A stretch of 64,000 nucleotides of DNA from IMG/VR virus record IMGVR_UViG_3300021077_000115, positions 238,064 through 302,063 of that record. The stretch is one strand, 5' to 3'. The notes under the pieces are model-generated. The model did not search any database. It saw only the letters and a program-made list of their open reading frames with translations, and had not been told where the DNA came from. The position numbers and the translations under genes are program-made. Positions 25,013-34,185 of this stretch are shown piece by piece. The DNA is from a virus. The number at the start of each line of letters is the position of its first letter. Position 1 is the first letter of the stretch.

Positions 25013-26469
25013 GTTACATCGAACTCCGATTCGTATATCTCGCGTCTAATTTCGGCATGCTCTGTAAGATATGGAGCTTGATCTGCAAAGTCTATAATAG
25101 CCGACATGTCTTTTCCCTTGTAGGGACGAATGACTCGACCTATTCTCTGCAAAGCTCTTACAGATGATTTACCAGATCCGGCAATAACAAGTCCTGAAAG
25201 TATTGGTAGGTCAATTCCAATATCGAAGATTTTACTTGCAACCAAGCATTTGATTTTGCCAGCTTCCAATTCATCTTTAATTTTGTCACGCTGTTTTGCG
25301 CTGTCTTTTCCACTAAGAAGACCAGTTGGAACATTTTTCTTCAGCGAATCAAAAAGAACATCCCCATGTTTGATGGTGTGGAAGAGAACCAACGGCACAA
25401 AGCCTTGCTCGACCATACTTGTAGCCGCTCTCAAAATCATAGAGTTGCGTTGTTCGTTCTCTACAACGTATTTGGAATAAACCTTGGGATATTTTCCTGT
25501 TCTGAAAGGATAAGGCTTAGGAGCTAGGAATCGTATATTTGGCTGTACAAGATATCCTTGCTTAATTAATGTTTGTGCAGATATATCAACAATTATCTTA
25601 CCAAGAAATGCTTCAATTAGCATATCTGCGTTATCATCTCTCCATGGACTTGCAGACATACCGTATACGTATTCGGCTTTTATGTTTTTTGAAATAACCT
25701 GAACTGTATCACATGCCGCCAAATGGCATTCATCCATAATATGTACAGAGCTATTCAATAGCATCTCTTTGATCTTGCTAAACTTGTTAGGATCTATTTT
25801 CTTTTCAGTTTCACTAACATCATCAAGAGTGATATTCTTCTTCAGACCTAATGCCTGACCAACACTCCAGATTGTTGCGATATTTATGTTCTTTATCTCG
25901 CACTTACCGTCTCCAATGATTCCAATTTCCTCATCGAATATCTTAGAGAAGAACTCTTGCAACTGGTAAAGAAGATCTTTTCCAATTACGTAAACAATCG
26001 TTGGCTTGCCAAGCTTTGCAGTAATGAGAGCGGCGATCAGGGTCTTTCCGCCACCGGTTGCCAATCTGATGATGCCGCGCTCCGTCCCCACGGCCTGATT
26101 GGCGGCATACTCTTGGTACGGTCGAGGTTCTTTGCCAATCGTACGCAGTTTTTCAGAGACATCAATTGGAGTTGATTTTTCTATTGGCAATCTTTCGTCA
26201 ACAATTAATGGATGGATTCCCTTCTGTGAATAGAAGTCCAAAACTCTTGGAAGAAGCCCAACTGGGAATTTTCCAGATGAAGATAGCAGATGCCTCTTCC
26301 CATCCCAAGAAACGAACTCACCAAGTTCATTTACATATCCCTTATACGCAGGAGAAAATTCGGCACCAAGTATTTGAAATGACAACTCTCGATCCAAATC
26401 ACTAAGGATCTCATCATCATCTTCGTCAACAACCTTGCAGGAGTTTTGGTGCCGAATAATTGCTGTCAT
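24991..26469 (-). CDS. superfamily 2 DEAD/DEAH-box helicase (UvsW / RAD25-like)
   Basis: Motif I is PRPYQEYAANQA...LATGGGKTLIAAL. Motif II is HIMDECHLA (DECH). Motif VI is ALQRIGRVIRP. Confidence 0.8.
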   Translation of the reverse strand: MTAIIRHQNSCKVVDEDDDEILSDLDRELSFQILGAEFSPAYKGYVNELGEFVSWDGKRHLLSSSGKFPVGLLPRVLDFYSQKGIHPLIVDERLPIEKSTPIDVSEKLRTIGKEPRPYQEYAANQAVGTERGIIRLATGGGKTLIAALITAKLGKPTIVYVIGKDLLYQLQEFFSKIFDEEIGIIGDGKCEIKNINIATIWSVGQALGLKKNITLDDVSETEKKIDPNKFSKIKEMLLNSSVHIMDECHLAACDTVQVISKNIKAEYVYGMSASPWRDDNADMLIEAFLGKIIVDISAQTLIKQGYLVQPNIRFLAPKPYPFRTGKYPKVYSKYVVENEQRNSMILRAATSMVEQGFVPLVLFHTIKHGDVLFDSLKKNVPTGLLSGKDSAKQRDKIKDELEAGKIKCLVASKIFDIGIDLPILSGLVIAGSGKSSVRALQRIGRVIRPYKGKDMSAIIDFADQAPYLTEHAEIRREIYESEFDVTWPQEKK

Positions 26470-27005
26470 TCAACCTTCAAAACTTGAACAGCTTCTGTTG
26501 AAAGACCTCTACTTCCAAATAAACAATATAGGCGATCCATATCTTTTTGATCATCAGAAGAAACTGAACCAAAACATCCAAAGAATTCTGGATCTGGTAA
26601 TATCATGCAAACATTATCTTCTATATCATCAATTCCAAATACTCTATTTGATTCTATTTGTTTTTTCAAAGAAGTGCTGCACACGATATTACGATCTTGA
26701 ATTAGATTGAAGTTATACTTATTCATTTTCTTCTCAAGACCTTCATTGATGTAATCATCTATGATAAACTTCAAAAGTTTATTAGCCATCTCAACTATAC
26801 CAAAGATATCAGGATCTATAAGCCTCATCATCAACCTATCTCTGACATCAACTTTTCGCTTACAAATACTACCATCTGCTTGTAGTAAATAATAAGTTGT
26901 TTCATCAGCTTCATAGACAGGTTGATAGTAATTGGATAGCCTCCCTAAACAATCACACACAAATATGCGCTGCAGGCTATCAATCGAGCCATGTTTGAAT
27001 TCCAT
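26466..27005 (-). CDS. hypothetical protein (179 aa)
   Basis: ORF whose start overlaps the stop of the tubulin-like gene. Confidence 0.45.
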   Translation of the reverse strand: MEFKHGSIDSLQRIFVCDCLGRLSNYYQPVYEADETTYYLLQADGSICKRKVDVRDRLMMRLIDPDIFGIVEMANKLLKFIIDDYINEGLEKKMNKYNFNLIQDRNIVCSTSLKKQIESNRVFGIDDIEDNVCMILPDPEFFGCFGSVSSDDQKDMDRLYCLFGSRGLSTEAVQVLKVE

Positions 27006-28399
27006 TACTTCTTTCTCCGGTCATGAACGGCAGCGTTGTGTAGCTTGGTAAAGGAAGATGCCTTCTGCTGAATCCTGCGCTTGATTTCCTCAACCTGATT
27101 GGTGCTCTCTTCTCCAACATCAACCTTAATGGTCATGTTGCGCTCATCGTCCTTGCGCTGAGCAGCTCCCATTTTCAACTGGGCCTCGGTCTTCAATTGA
27201 TTAACTCTTTCCTCTGGTAATCCAAGACCGGAGAACATTGAATAGACCTTTACGCAGTCATCCTCAGACTCTTCTTTGTAAATACCATGGAAGGGCACAA
27301 CGCCTTCACACGTATCAAGAATCATCGATTGTGCAAAGTGTAGGCTGGAACTTGGAATTTTGTTCCACACCCTATCAGGGGCCACAAGCATGAATCCAGC
27401 ATATCTAGCCTGACGAATATTGAATCCTGAAGCCAGCAAATTACCCTTGAGAGACTCTAGAATTGCTGAGGCAATTGCCATCTCATCTTCATAATCCGGG
27501 ACAGTGGTAACGCCATATACCGTGAAGCCTTTGCCGTCCATAAATAGCTTACCAAACTCAGAGGAATCAAGAACCTTGACTCCTTCATCTGGGCGGCGGC
27601 TCATTGTATTGAAAACATCCAAAGGCTCTACAATAGCCTTATTCGAAACCTGGAAGAAGTTGAATGGACCAACATCACTATACAATGACTCAATCTTTGC
27701 GTTATCAACAGCAATGATGTTGTGTATCTTGCCAGCGGTAAAGAGCTTCGTAAACGTGCTTAGTGTCTGCCATGCATTGTGCTTCAGCTGAGCATCTTCG
27801 CTGGCTTTTGGTAGAACCGTAAGTACAGCAATTGGCTTTTCTAGCTGCGACAGAATATCAACGACAACTGGCACAGAACCAGCACCAGAACCACCACCAA
27901 GTGATGTGCAGAAAATGAATACTTCTACATCGCTCAAATGACGCTGAATAAGTTGATTGATAGCTGCTCGATAGGCATCCGCAGCATCATGGCCAATGGT
28001 CAGATCTTTTGCAGCGCCTCCAAGACCAAAGTCAAGCAATAGCTTTTGCCGCTCTGGAAGCTTGATATTCTCCAAATCCTGAGGGGCTGTGTTCATGCAA
28101 ACCGCTGGGTAACCAAGAGCAAAGAATTGTTCTGCCAAGCGGCTTCCTGCCTGACCAGACCCAACAATTCCAAAGCGCAGGCTTCGTTGCTGCTCCTCTA
28201 CAATACGTGGTGGCATAACCTCCTCCTTTACCTCCTCTTTTGTCTCGTTGAGCTTGGCAAGTTCCTTTGCTTCTTCTGCTCTCTTCTGTGCGGCTCGCGC
28301 CTTCAGAGCGGCCAATTTTTCTTCATCAACTTGTGGTGTTTCGATATCGTTCACTATTTCCTCTCGATTTAATTTTTCAATCTTTGATTGAGTTACCAT
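27005..28399 (-). CDS. tubulin/FtsZ-superfamily GTPase (phage PhuZ/TubZ/FtsZ-like) with a ~75-aa charged N-terminal extension and a basic C-terminal tail
   Basis: The T1 loop is FGIVGSGQAGSRLAEQF. The tubulin signature is FIFCTSLGGGSGAGSVPVV (GGGTGSG variant). An FtsZ-like T7 region is LTVLPKASEDAQLKHNAWQ...HNIIAVDNAKIE. The N-terminal ~75 aa are K/E-rich and look like a coiled coil. Confidence 0.7.
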   Translation of the reverse strand: MVTQSKIEKLNREEIVNDIETPQVDEEKLAALKARAAQKRAEEAKELAKLNETKEEVKEEVMPPRIVEEQQRSLRFGIVGSGQAGSRLAEQFFALGYPAVCMNTAPQDLENIKLPERQKLLLDFGLGGAAKDLTIGHDAADAYRAAINQLIQRHLSDVEVFIFCTSLGGGSGAGSVPVVVDILSQLEKPIAVLTVLPKASEDAQLKHNAWQTLSTFTKLFTAGKIHNIIAVDNAKIESLYSDVGPFNFFQVSNKAIVEPLDVFNTMSRRPDEGVKVLDSSEFGKLFMDGKGFTVYGVTTVPDYEDEMAIASAILESLKGNLLASGFNIRQARYAGFMLVAPDRVWNKIPSSSLHFAQSMILDTCEGVVPFHGIYKEESEDDCVKVYSMFSGLGLPEERVNQLKTEAQLKMGAAQRKDDERNMTIKVDVGEESTNQVEEIKRRIQQKASSFTKLHNAAVHDRRKK

Positions 28400-28413
28400 T
28401 ATTTACCTAATTA

Positions 28414-29373
28414 TTACATATTTAGCACATATTTATTGCTAACGTACCACTGGCAAGTTTGGGCAATCCCGTCTCTGAATTTGAATTGCGGATTCCATCC
28501 AAGAGTCTTTATCTTATCATTAGACATAGCTAATCTACGATCAAAATTACTCTCGACGTGTTTGATTAACTCATGACCTTTACCAATGGTATTACAAATC
28601 ATCTGAACAACTTCCAGATTGCTAAATTCCTGCTTAGAAGTTATATTGTATATCTCTCTATCAACCCCATTATCAATGATGCTAAATAACGCAGAGCATG
28701 TATCAAATACATGTGTCCACTCTTTAGTATGAGCACCCGAATCATTGATGTTTATATTTTCTTCACTTATATATCTATCATTCAATATACAATCAATAAT
28801 TCTTGGTATTAGATTAGATGCAGTCTGCCATGGACCATAGTTATCACTCAGACGAACAATATTGTAGTGCAAACCTGATAGCCCATAAAAACTAGAAGCC
28901 TTCACCAACAACTCACCAGCCGCTTTTGTAGCAGCAAAGGTTCCTCGCGGATTTGGAGTATCTAATTCATTATATGGGCTATCGTTCTCAGACTTTAGTT
29001 CGCCATATATATTATTGTCGCTGACATAAACCAATCTAGCATCTATTTTCATGCATTCATTGATAATATTTTGCGTTCCAACAAGATTACTACTTACCAT
29101 GGAGGCTTCATCTTTTGATTCTGCGGCTCCATGGATAACAATATCTGGGCGTTCCTTCTCAAATATTACATGTAGGGTATGAGCATCTCTAACATCTGCA
29201 ATATAAAACGAATGATCGGTATTTACGTAGATGTTATGAATAATATGAGAGTCTCGCACCCTATCCATACTAGAAATGGTGTAGGGCAGTTTCGAATAGA
29301 AAACTTGCCGAATGAAGTTCCCGAAAATAAACCCCCCCGACCCCGTGATCAACAATCGCCTTCTTTTAGCCAT
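28414..29373 (-). CDS. RmlB-like (dTDP-glucose 4,6-dehydratase family) extended SDR protein with substituted catalytic residues. Possibly a pseudo-enzyme.
   Basis: It aligns by eye to RmlB along its whole length (LLITGSGGFIFGN / IVIHGAAESKDEAS / PRGTFAATKAAGELLVKA...NYGP / DRRLAMSNDKIKTLGWNPQFKFRDGIAQTCQWYVSN). The YxxxK catalytic Tyr is replaced by Phe (FAATK). The TDE triad is replaced by SDN (VSDNNIYG). The third Gly of GxxGxxG is replaced by Phe. Confidence 0.65.
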   Translation of the reverse strand: MAKRRRLLITGSGGFIFGNFIRQVFYSKLPYTISSMDRVRDSHIIHNIYVNTDHSFYIADVRDAHTLHVIFEKERPDIVIHGAAESKDEASMVSSNLVGTQNIINECMKIDARLVYVSDNNIYGELKSENDSPYNELDTPNPRGTFAATKAAGELLVKASSFYGLSGLHYNIVRLSDNYGPWQTASNLIPRIIDCILNDRYISEENININDSGAHTKEWTHVFDTCSALFSIIDNGVDREIYNITSKQEFSNLEVVQMICNTIGKGHELIKHVESNFDRRLAMSNDKIKTLGWNPQFKFRDGIAQTCQWYVSNKYVLNM

Positions 29374-29460
29374 TAAATAATCCCTTTTTATACATCTCTC
29401 TTAATGTATCTATACTTCTTCCAAAATATACTGGACATATATCTTTGACGCCTTGATATG

Positions 29461-29523
29461 TCACAATGCTACAACCAAAATACCACCACTGCCAGTTACC
29501 AGAACTTTCTTTCTCTTAGCCAT
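29461..29523 (-). pseudogene. 20-codon stub resembling the 5' end of an SDR epimerase/dehydratase gene, which is a truncated paralogue of the start of the downstream gene
   Basis: ATGGCTAAGAGAAAGAAAGTTCTGGTAACTGGCAGTGGTGGTATT...TGA encodes MAKRKKVLVTGSGGILVVAL*. Compare MAKRRRLLITGSGGFIFGN at the start of 28414..29373. Its ATG overlaps the TAA of the upstream gene (TAATG). Confidence 0.4.
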
Positions 29524-31070
29524 TAGGTCCTTAGTATCTCATCTTTAATTGACTTCAAATGGAACAGTATTTTCTTTAGTTTGCTTATACGTGGCAACTT
29601 TGCCTCAAAGGCTTTCAAATCAGCCAACAGAGATGGTGGTTCCACCAGCTTCGCCATCTTTTCATTTGCCATGAACATAACTTCTACGTCAGTAACATTA
29701 CGAAGTGGAGATGAGAATGGTTGTGTGCTTGGTGTGAAAGCTGAAACACCTCGCTTACCTTTATCATTAGGGTTCAGCCTATTTTGACCAATACCAAAGC
29801 GATTCTCATACGCCTCAATGGCCTTTTTATATTCGGCAACAACCTCGGAAGCTTTCTTGACGAAGCGCGGTTTTATTCCATCCTGTTCTACGCGCCTAAA
29901 ATTGCCAGCATGCTTCTGTTTCCTATATTCAGAAGTAAACTTACTCTGAGATTTCGCATTAAGTTCTTCCTTAATGGTTGGCTGTTTAGTAATTGGCAAA
30001 TCAATATTAGTTATCACGGCCATATTTCTAGCTGATTCAGGATCTATTCCAGCACGAACTAATGATTTTACATACTCATCATTTCCACGTACTGCCACTG
30101 ATACCAGCTTACCACGATCAGGAAAGGTTATTTTTTCAACTACCTTACCATCTGCTGATTTCACCTCTTTAGTATCATTGAATGTCGAGTTGATTTTATT
30201 TGCCAACTCCTTCAAGATGCGAGCCTCTTCTGTTTCAGTGTTTTTTATCGCTCTCTCCAAAACCTCACTTATAAATTTGACATCAATAACCTTAGAGAAT
30301 GCCAAATTATTTTCCACCAAAAGAGCAGATAGCAAGAAGCCAAAATTTCCTTTATGCCCAGCCTTATACTCATCAACTTGTCTCGGATGTGCCGCCATCA
30401 CTTTCATGCATAGAGGAATCAATTTAATCTCTTCCAAGATACGCTCATCTTCGGCATCTCGAATGCTTTCAGCATTTTTGCGAGTTATTTCAGACTTAGA
30501 TAATTGAACGAATTTATATCTGAATTTTGTACACACCCCATCCTTATCTGCAGATGTTGACAAAACTTCATAACGACATCCTGTCAGACCAACCAATACA
30601 TCGCCATTTTGAATTAAACTAGAGGTTGTCCAACCTCCAAACTCAGAATCAAATCTAACTTTTGTGATGCCAAGATTTTTCTCAGACCTAACCACGTTAA
30701 CCGTTTCACCTGCCTTTTCCAAAAGTGAATCCAAATGTTCACGCTCACGCCTGAGGCGAAGCTTATTAGCTTCGGCCTCTGACTTCTCAAAATCAGCACG
30801 CAATTTATCCCTATAAGAAGATGATAATGGCAGCTCTAGTTCTGATATTGGTAGCTGGAATGGATAGAAACCATCCATAAAGGAAAGGCGTGGGTGTTTT
30901 TCAGTAACAATCTTTGGCAAAGAATTAAGATCGGGATAGCTCGCCTTGAGAACTTCCCAGCTAATCTGGACGGTAAGTTTTCCATTACCTTCTATGATAT
31001 TAATGTCTGAAATATTTACGTTGCTAGGTATTGTATTACCAATGACCTGTTTAATAGTTGAAAGATCCAT
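29523..31070 (-). CDS. hypothetical Lys-rich protein (515 aa)
   Basis: Long ORF in operon orientation. I recognised no motifs. Confidence 0.5.
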   Translation of the reverse strand: MDLSTIKQVIGNTIPSNVNISDINIIEGNGKLTVQISWEVLKASYPDLNSLPKIVTEKHPRLSFMDGFYPFQLPISELELPLSSSYRDKLRADFEKSEAEANKLRLRREREHLDSLLEKAGETVNVVRSEKNLGITKVRFDSEFGGWTTSSLIQNGDVLVGLTGCRYEVLSTSADKDGVCTKFRYKFVQLSKSEITRKNAESIRDAEDERILEEIKLIPLCMKVMAAHPRQVDEYKAGHKGNFGFLLSALLVENNLAFSKVIDVKFISEVLERAIKNTETEEARILKELANKINSTFNDTKEVKSADGKVVEKITFPDRGKLVSVAVRGNDEYVKSLVRAGIDPESARNMAVITNIDLPITKQPTIKEELNAKSQSKFTSEYRKQKHAGNFRRVEQDGIKPRFVKKASEVVAEYKKAIEAYENRFGIGQNRLNPNDKGKRGVSAFTPSTQPFSSPLRNVTDVEVMFMANEKMAKLVEPPSLLADLKAFEAKLPRISKLKKILFHLKSIKDEILRT

Positions 31071-31117
31071 ACTTTTGTATATATCTATACTTTCGCCACC
31101 ATTTCAGCTTCATGGCA

Positions 31118-32110
31118 TCATTTTGAGCGTTCGATATGAGCTAATCTGGCCCCATAGAATCTGGCGGCCCTCTGTGACACCTTATACCAATTGATGGTTT
31201 CTATCAGCCCATCAATTAATGACGTCCTGGCTTCAAATCCTAAAATCTCTTTAGCCCTAGACACATCAAGGCATCTACGAGGTTGCCCATCTGGATTTTC
31301 ATAGTCGTAAATAATAGTTCCTTTATATCCAACAATATCACAAACAGCAGTTACGACCTCATGAATGCTGGTCTCCACCCCAGTGCCAAGATTGATTATT
31401 AGATTAGTATTTAGCTCTCGTTGAATTGCAAGCAACAAATAATGACTAACATCCTTTGCAAAAATAAAGTCTCTAGTAGCCTTTCCGGTTCCCCAGATAT
31501 TAACACTATCTTGATTGAGATAATGGGCATCGCATACTTTTTTAACTATAGCCGGTATTACATGAGAGTTCTCTAGATCAAAATGATCTTTTGGCCCAAA
31601 TATATTTGATGGAAGAAAGAACACAGAGTTTAATCCATATTGATCCCTATATTTCTCTCCAAGAACAAGTAATGCCTTTTTGGCAAAAGAATATCCACTA
31701 TTAGAGCGGTCCTCTCTCCCATTCCAAAAATCATCTTCTTTAAATGGAGTTGCGCAATTTAATGGATAACCACAAGCAGATCCGCAATTGTATACATTCT
31801 TAATTCTATCCAAATTAGCTTCAATTCCAGAATATAAATTTATACCCATCAACAAGTTTGTATGAGTTAAATTTGCTGGTCTGCGTTTATTCAATCCAAT
31901 CCCACCAACAAAGGCAGCTAAATGTAAGATAGTATCGAAATCATTGCTCTTGAAATAGTCAAGAACGCCACCAACATTTGTAAGGTCCAATTCCTTTGAT
32001 GATGGTGTTAAAATATCCAAACCATTATTAACAGCTTCTTCAACGACATGCTGCCCAAGAAAGCCAGAGGCTCCAGTAATTAATATTTTCACATCACCTC
32101 CATATTCCAT
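31118..32110 (-). CDS. fcl: GDP-L-fucose synthase (GDP-4-keto-6-deoxy-D-mannose 3,5-epimerase/4-reductase)
   Basis: VKILITGASGFLGQHV Rossmann motif. CGSACGYP matches Fcl GSSCIYP. YSFAKKALLVLGEKYRDQYGLNSVFFLPSNIFGPKDHFDLENSHVIPAIV matches Fcl [20 protein letters not shown]...PTNLYGPHDNF...SHVIPAL. Confidence 0.75.
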   Translation of the reverse strand: MEYGGDVKILITGASGFLGQHVVEEAVNNGLDILTPSSKELDLTNVGGVLDYFKSNDFDTILHLAAFVGGIGLNKRRPANLTHTNLLMGINLYSGIEANLDRIKNVYNCGSACGYPLNCATPFKEDDFWNGREDRSNSGYSFAKKALLVLGEKYRDQYGLNSVFFLPSNIFGPKDHFDLENSHVIPAIVKKVCDAHYLNQDSVNIWGTGKATRDFIFAKDVSHYLLLAIQRELNTNLIINLGTGVETSIHEVVTAVCDIVGYKGTIIYDYENPDGQPRRCLDVSRAKEILGFEARTSLIDGLIETINWYKVSQRAARFYGARLAHIERSK

Positions 32111-33042
32111 GCATCTAATATTTCCAACTCTCTTTCACTTACAATTCCATTATTTACCAAAGATATATATATATGATTCATGTTTTGAACCTTATTTTCT
32201 CCCAAATGGCACCTGTCCAATATCTCTACTGTTCTTTCCACATCGGAATACATCTGGATTTCATCCACAAAATCCTTCATATAATCTTGCCTAAATCTAT
32301 TTTGATAGACTATAGATTTAGAAAATCCCAAATACAAATTGTCCTGTCTTAGTAATCTTTGTGCGATGTAAGATCTGAGTATATCAGCGAATCTCCAAGA
32401 TACAGTTGACGGGAAATACATATATTGGAAACATTCTTTATTCCAGAATGTACTTTGAGAATTGAATGGGGCATAAGAATTACTATCCAATACAAATGGA
32501 TATTTTACATCAAAATTCAATTGATGATTGAAAACCAATCGGTAGATAGCATCGACATCAGGGTCCTGGTCTATTAGTGTTTGCCATATACCAACCTTTT
32601 TACTATCTCTATTCGACATAGTGTATGTAATGTTTTTATTGATATAACTTAATGGAAATCCCCTATTCCAAATTTTCTCATTTGAAAGATATCCATATAT
32701 ATTGGCAAATTTCTCAGAGCTTGATAATACATTATCGCACACAAATCCAGTATCAAAATTCCATGAGTCGTATGGAATGTTATCATCATCTGTTTCGTAA
32801 ATTATGTCGCTACCACAGCGCATAGCCATTAGATATCCTAAGTTCTTTCGACTATAGCGATTTGGCCCAATCATATTTGATAGTTTTGAATTTTCTTCAT
32901 AACGCAAAAATTCAATTTGTGCATCATTATATTCTGGAGTTTTCTTATCACCAACAAGAATAAGCTTCCAATTAGGGATATTCTTGAACTTATAAATTGA
33001 TTCTGTTTCAGAGTTTATTGTGGTTATGATTGTGCTATTCAT
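32089..33042 (-). CDS. hypothetical protein, possibly a DXD-type glycosyltransferase
   Basis: It has a DDD motif (IIYETDDDNIPYDSW) and lies inside the glycosyltransferase cluster. I cannot assign a family. Confidence 0.35.
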   Translation of the reverse strand: MNSTIITTINSETESIYKFKNIPNWKLILVGDKKTPEYNDAQIEFLRYEENSKLSNMIGPNRYSRKNLGYLMAMRCGSDIIYETDDDNIPYDSWNFDTGFVCDNVLSSSEKFANIYGYLSNEKIWNRGFPLSYINKNITYTMSNRDSKKVGIWQTLIDQDPDVDAIYRLVFNHQLNFDVKYPFVLDSNSYAPFNSQSTFWNKECFQYMYFPSTVSWRFADILRSYIAQRLLRQDNLYLGFSKSIVYQNRFRQDYMKDFVDEIQMYSDVERTVEILDRCHLGENKVQNMNHIYISLVNNGIVSERELEILDAWNMEVM

Positions 33043-33370
33043 TGTATATTTTTACGCTATCCTCAAATAGCGATTTACCTTCTATGATAGATTTTTCAAT
33101 CAATTTATTAATGGCCTCTACTAACCTTGGTCGCTTTTGTTTGAAACAGATATCTATTTTTCTTTTCAATGCCCCTAATTCCTGATCTGATATGTCTTTA
33201 TGAATCAAATCTTCAAGCATCCAGGTTCGAATGTGAACTATAATTAGCTTGTCAAGAACTTCCCCTAAACTATCAGTCTCAATATATTCTTTAGCTTCAG
33301 GAATCTCTTTCTTACCACAGATTTCTGCAACATACTCTTTTATCCGCAAATCTATAATGTCCTTTGGCAT
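33035..33370 (-). CDS. hypothetical protein (111 aa)
   Basis: ORF in operon orientation. Confidence 0.4.
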   Translation of the reverse strand: MPKDIIDLRIKEYVAEICGKKEIPEAKEYIETDSLGEVLDKLIIVHIRTWMLEDLIHKDISDQELGALKRKIDICFKQKRPRLVEAINKLIEKSIIEGKSLFEDSVKIYNE

Positions 33371-33375
33371 ATAAA

Positions 33376-34185
33376 TTACAATCCTTTTATTTCTTGTTTG
33401 ATCATTTCAGGAGATACGAGTTTTATTTTTAGATTACTAAATGTAACACTTGATGAAAAAAACAGAGGATGCCGTTCACAAAGACATGCACAGTTTTTTA
33501 TGAGCAATAGCTTTGAATCACAACAAATCTGGCAAACTGCACCACCTCCACTTGCTGGTGAAATAATTACATTGCATAAAGGATGATGCATAACAGATGC
33601 CCAATCTTGCAAGTTATCAAGATATGTTACGCCTTTGTCTTTCCAAACCCTTTCAGATCCAATTCCAAAAACAAATACCTGGCTATATTTTGATTTAAGC
33701 ATATCTATAACTGATCGATAATAATAATCATTTAGATTTCTATCAGAACACCAATTTCTAATTCTAATCAAAACTCCTGCAAATTTTTTGGAAATATGAT
33801 ATTTTTCTTCAACATTTGAATAGTCAACTTTCAAAATATCATCTTTACATTCTGGATATTTGTAATGATCAATTTTACCGCAACTATATTCGTCATGTAA
33901 TTCCCCAAGATCTTCAAATTTACAAACACGATCTTCTGTATATTTAAAGACATCTTCTGTATCCGGTAGGTCTTCAATCCCAATAACATTCTTGGCTATT
34001 TTTGTATATAGGAATTTTCTATCGGCTATGGTAACGACAACATCATCTGGAGTCCATATCCCTTTATGCAAATCTCTAATATACGCCAATCTAGAGACCA
34101 TAAGTTCCCAGCCGAGTTCAGTATAGTTTTCTGTTGTTCCAATATCAGATTTTTGGCCAGTACCAGTTATTATATATGTCATCAA
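33376..34185 (-). CDS. hypothetical protein (269 aa), Cys-rich C-terminal region
   Basis: ORF in operon orientation within the glycan island. Confidence 0.45.
   Translation of the reverse strand: MMTYIITGTGQKSDIGTTENYTELGWELMVSRLAYIRDLHKGIWTPDDVVVTIADRKFLYTKIAKNVIGIEDLPDTEDVFKYTEDRVCKFEDLGELHDEYSCGKIDHYKYPECKDDILKVDYSNVEEKYHISKKFAGVLIRIRNWCSDRNLNDYYYRSVIDMLKSKYSQVFVFGIGSERVWKDKGVTYLDNLQDWASVMHHPLCNVIISPASGGGAVCQICCDSKLLLIKNCACLCERHPLFFSSSVTFSNLKIKLVSPEMIKQEIKGL

Noticed and set aside
27005-28399. Alternative reading of the tubulin-like protein as a Rossmann-type NAD-binding enzyme, because of GxGxxG near the N-terminus
   Set aside because: The downstream GGGSGAGS block and the N-x-D-x-x-(I/L) T7-like loop are specific to the tubulin/FtsZ fold. 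No dehydrogenase catalytic motifs follow.
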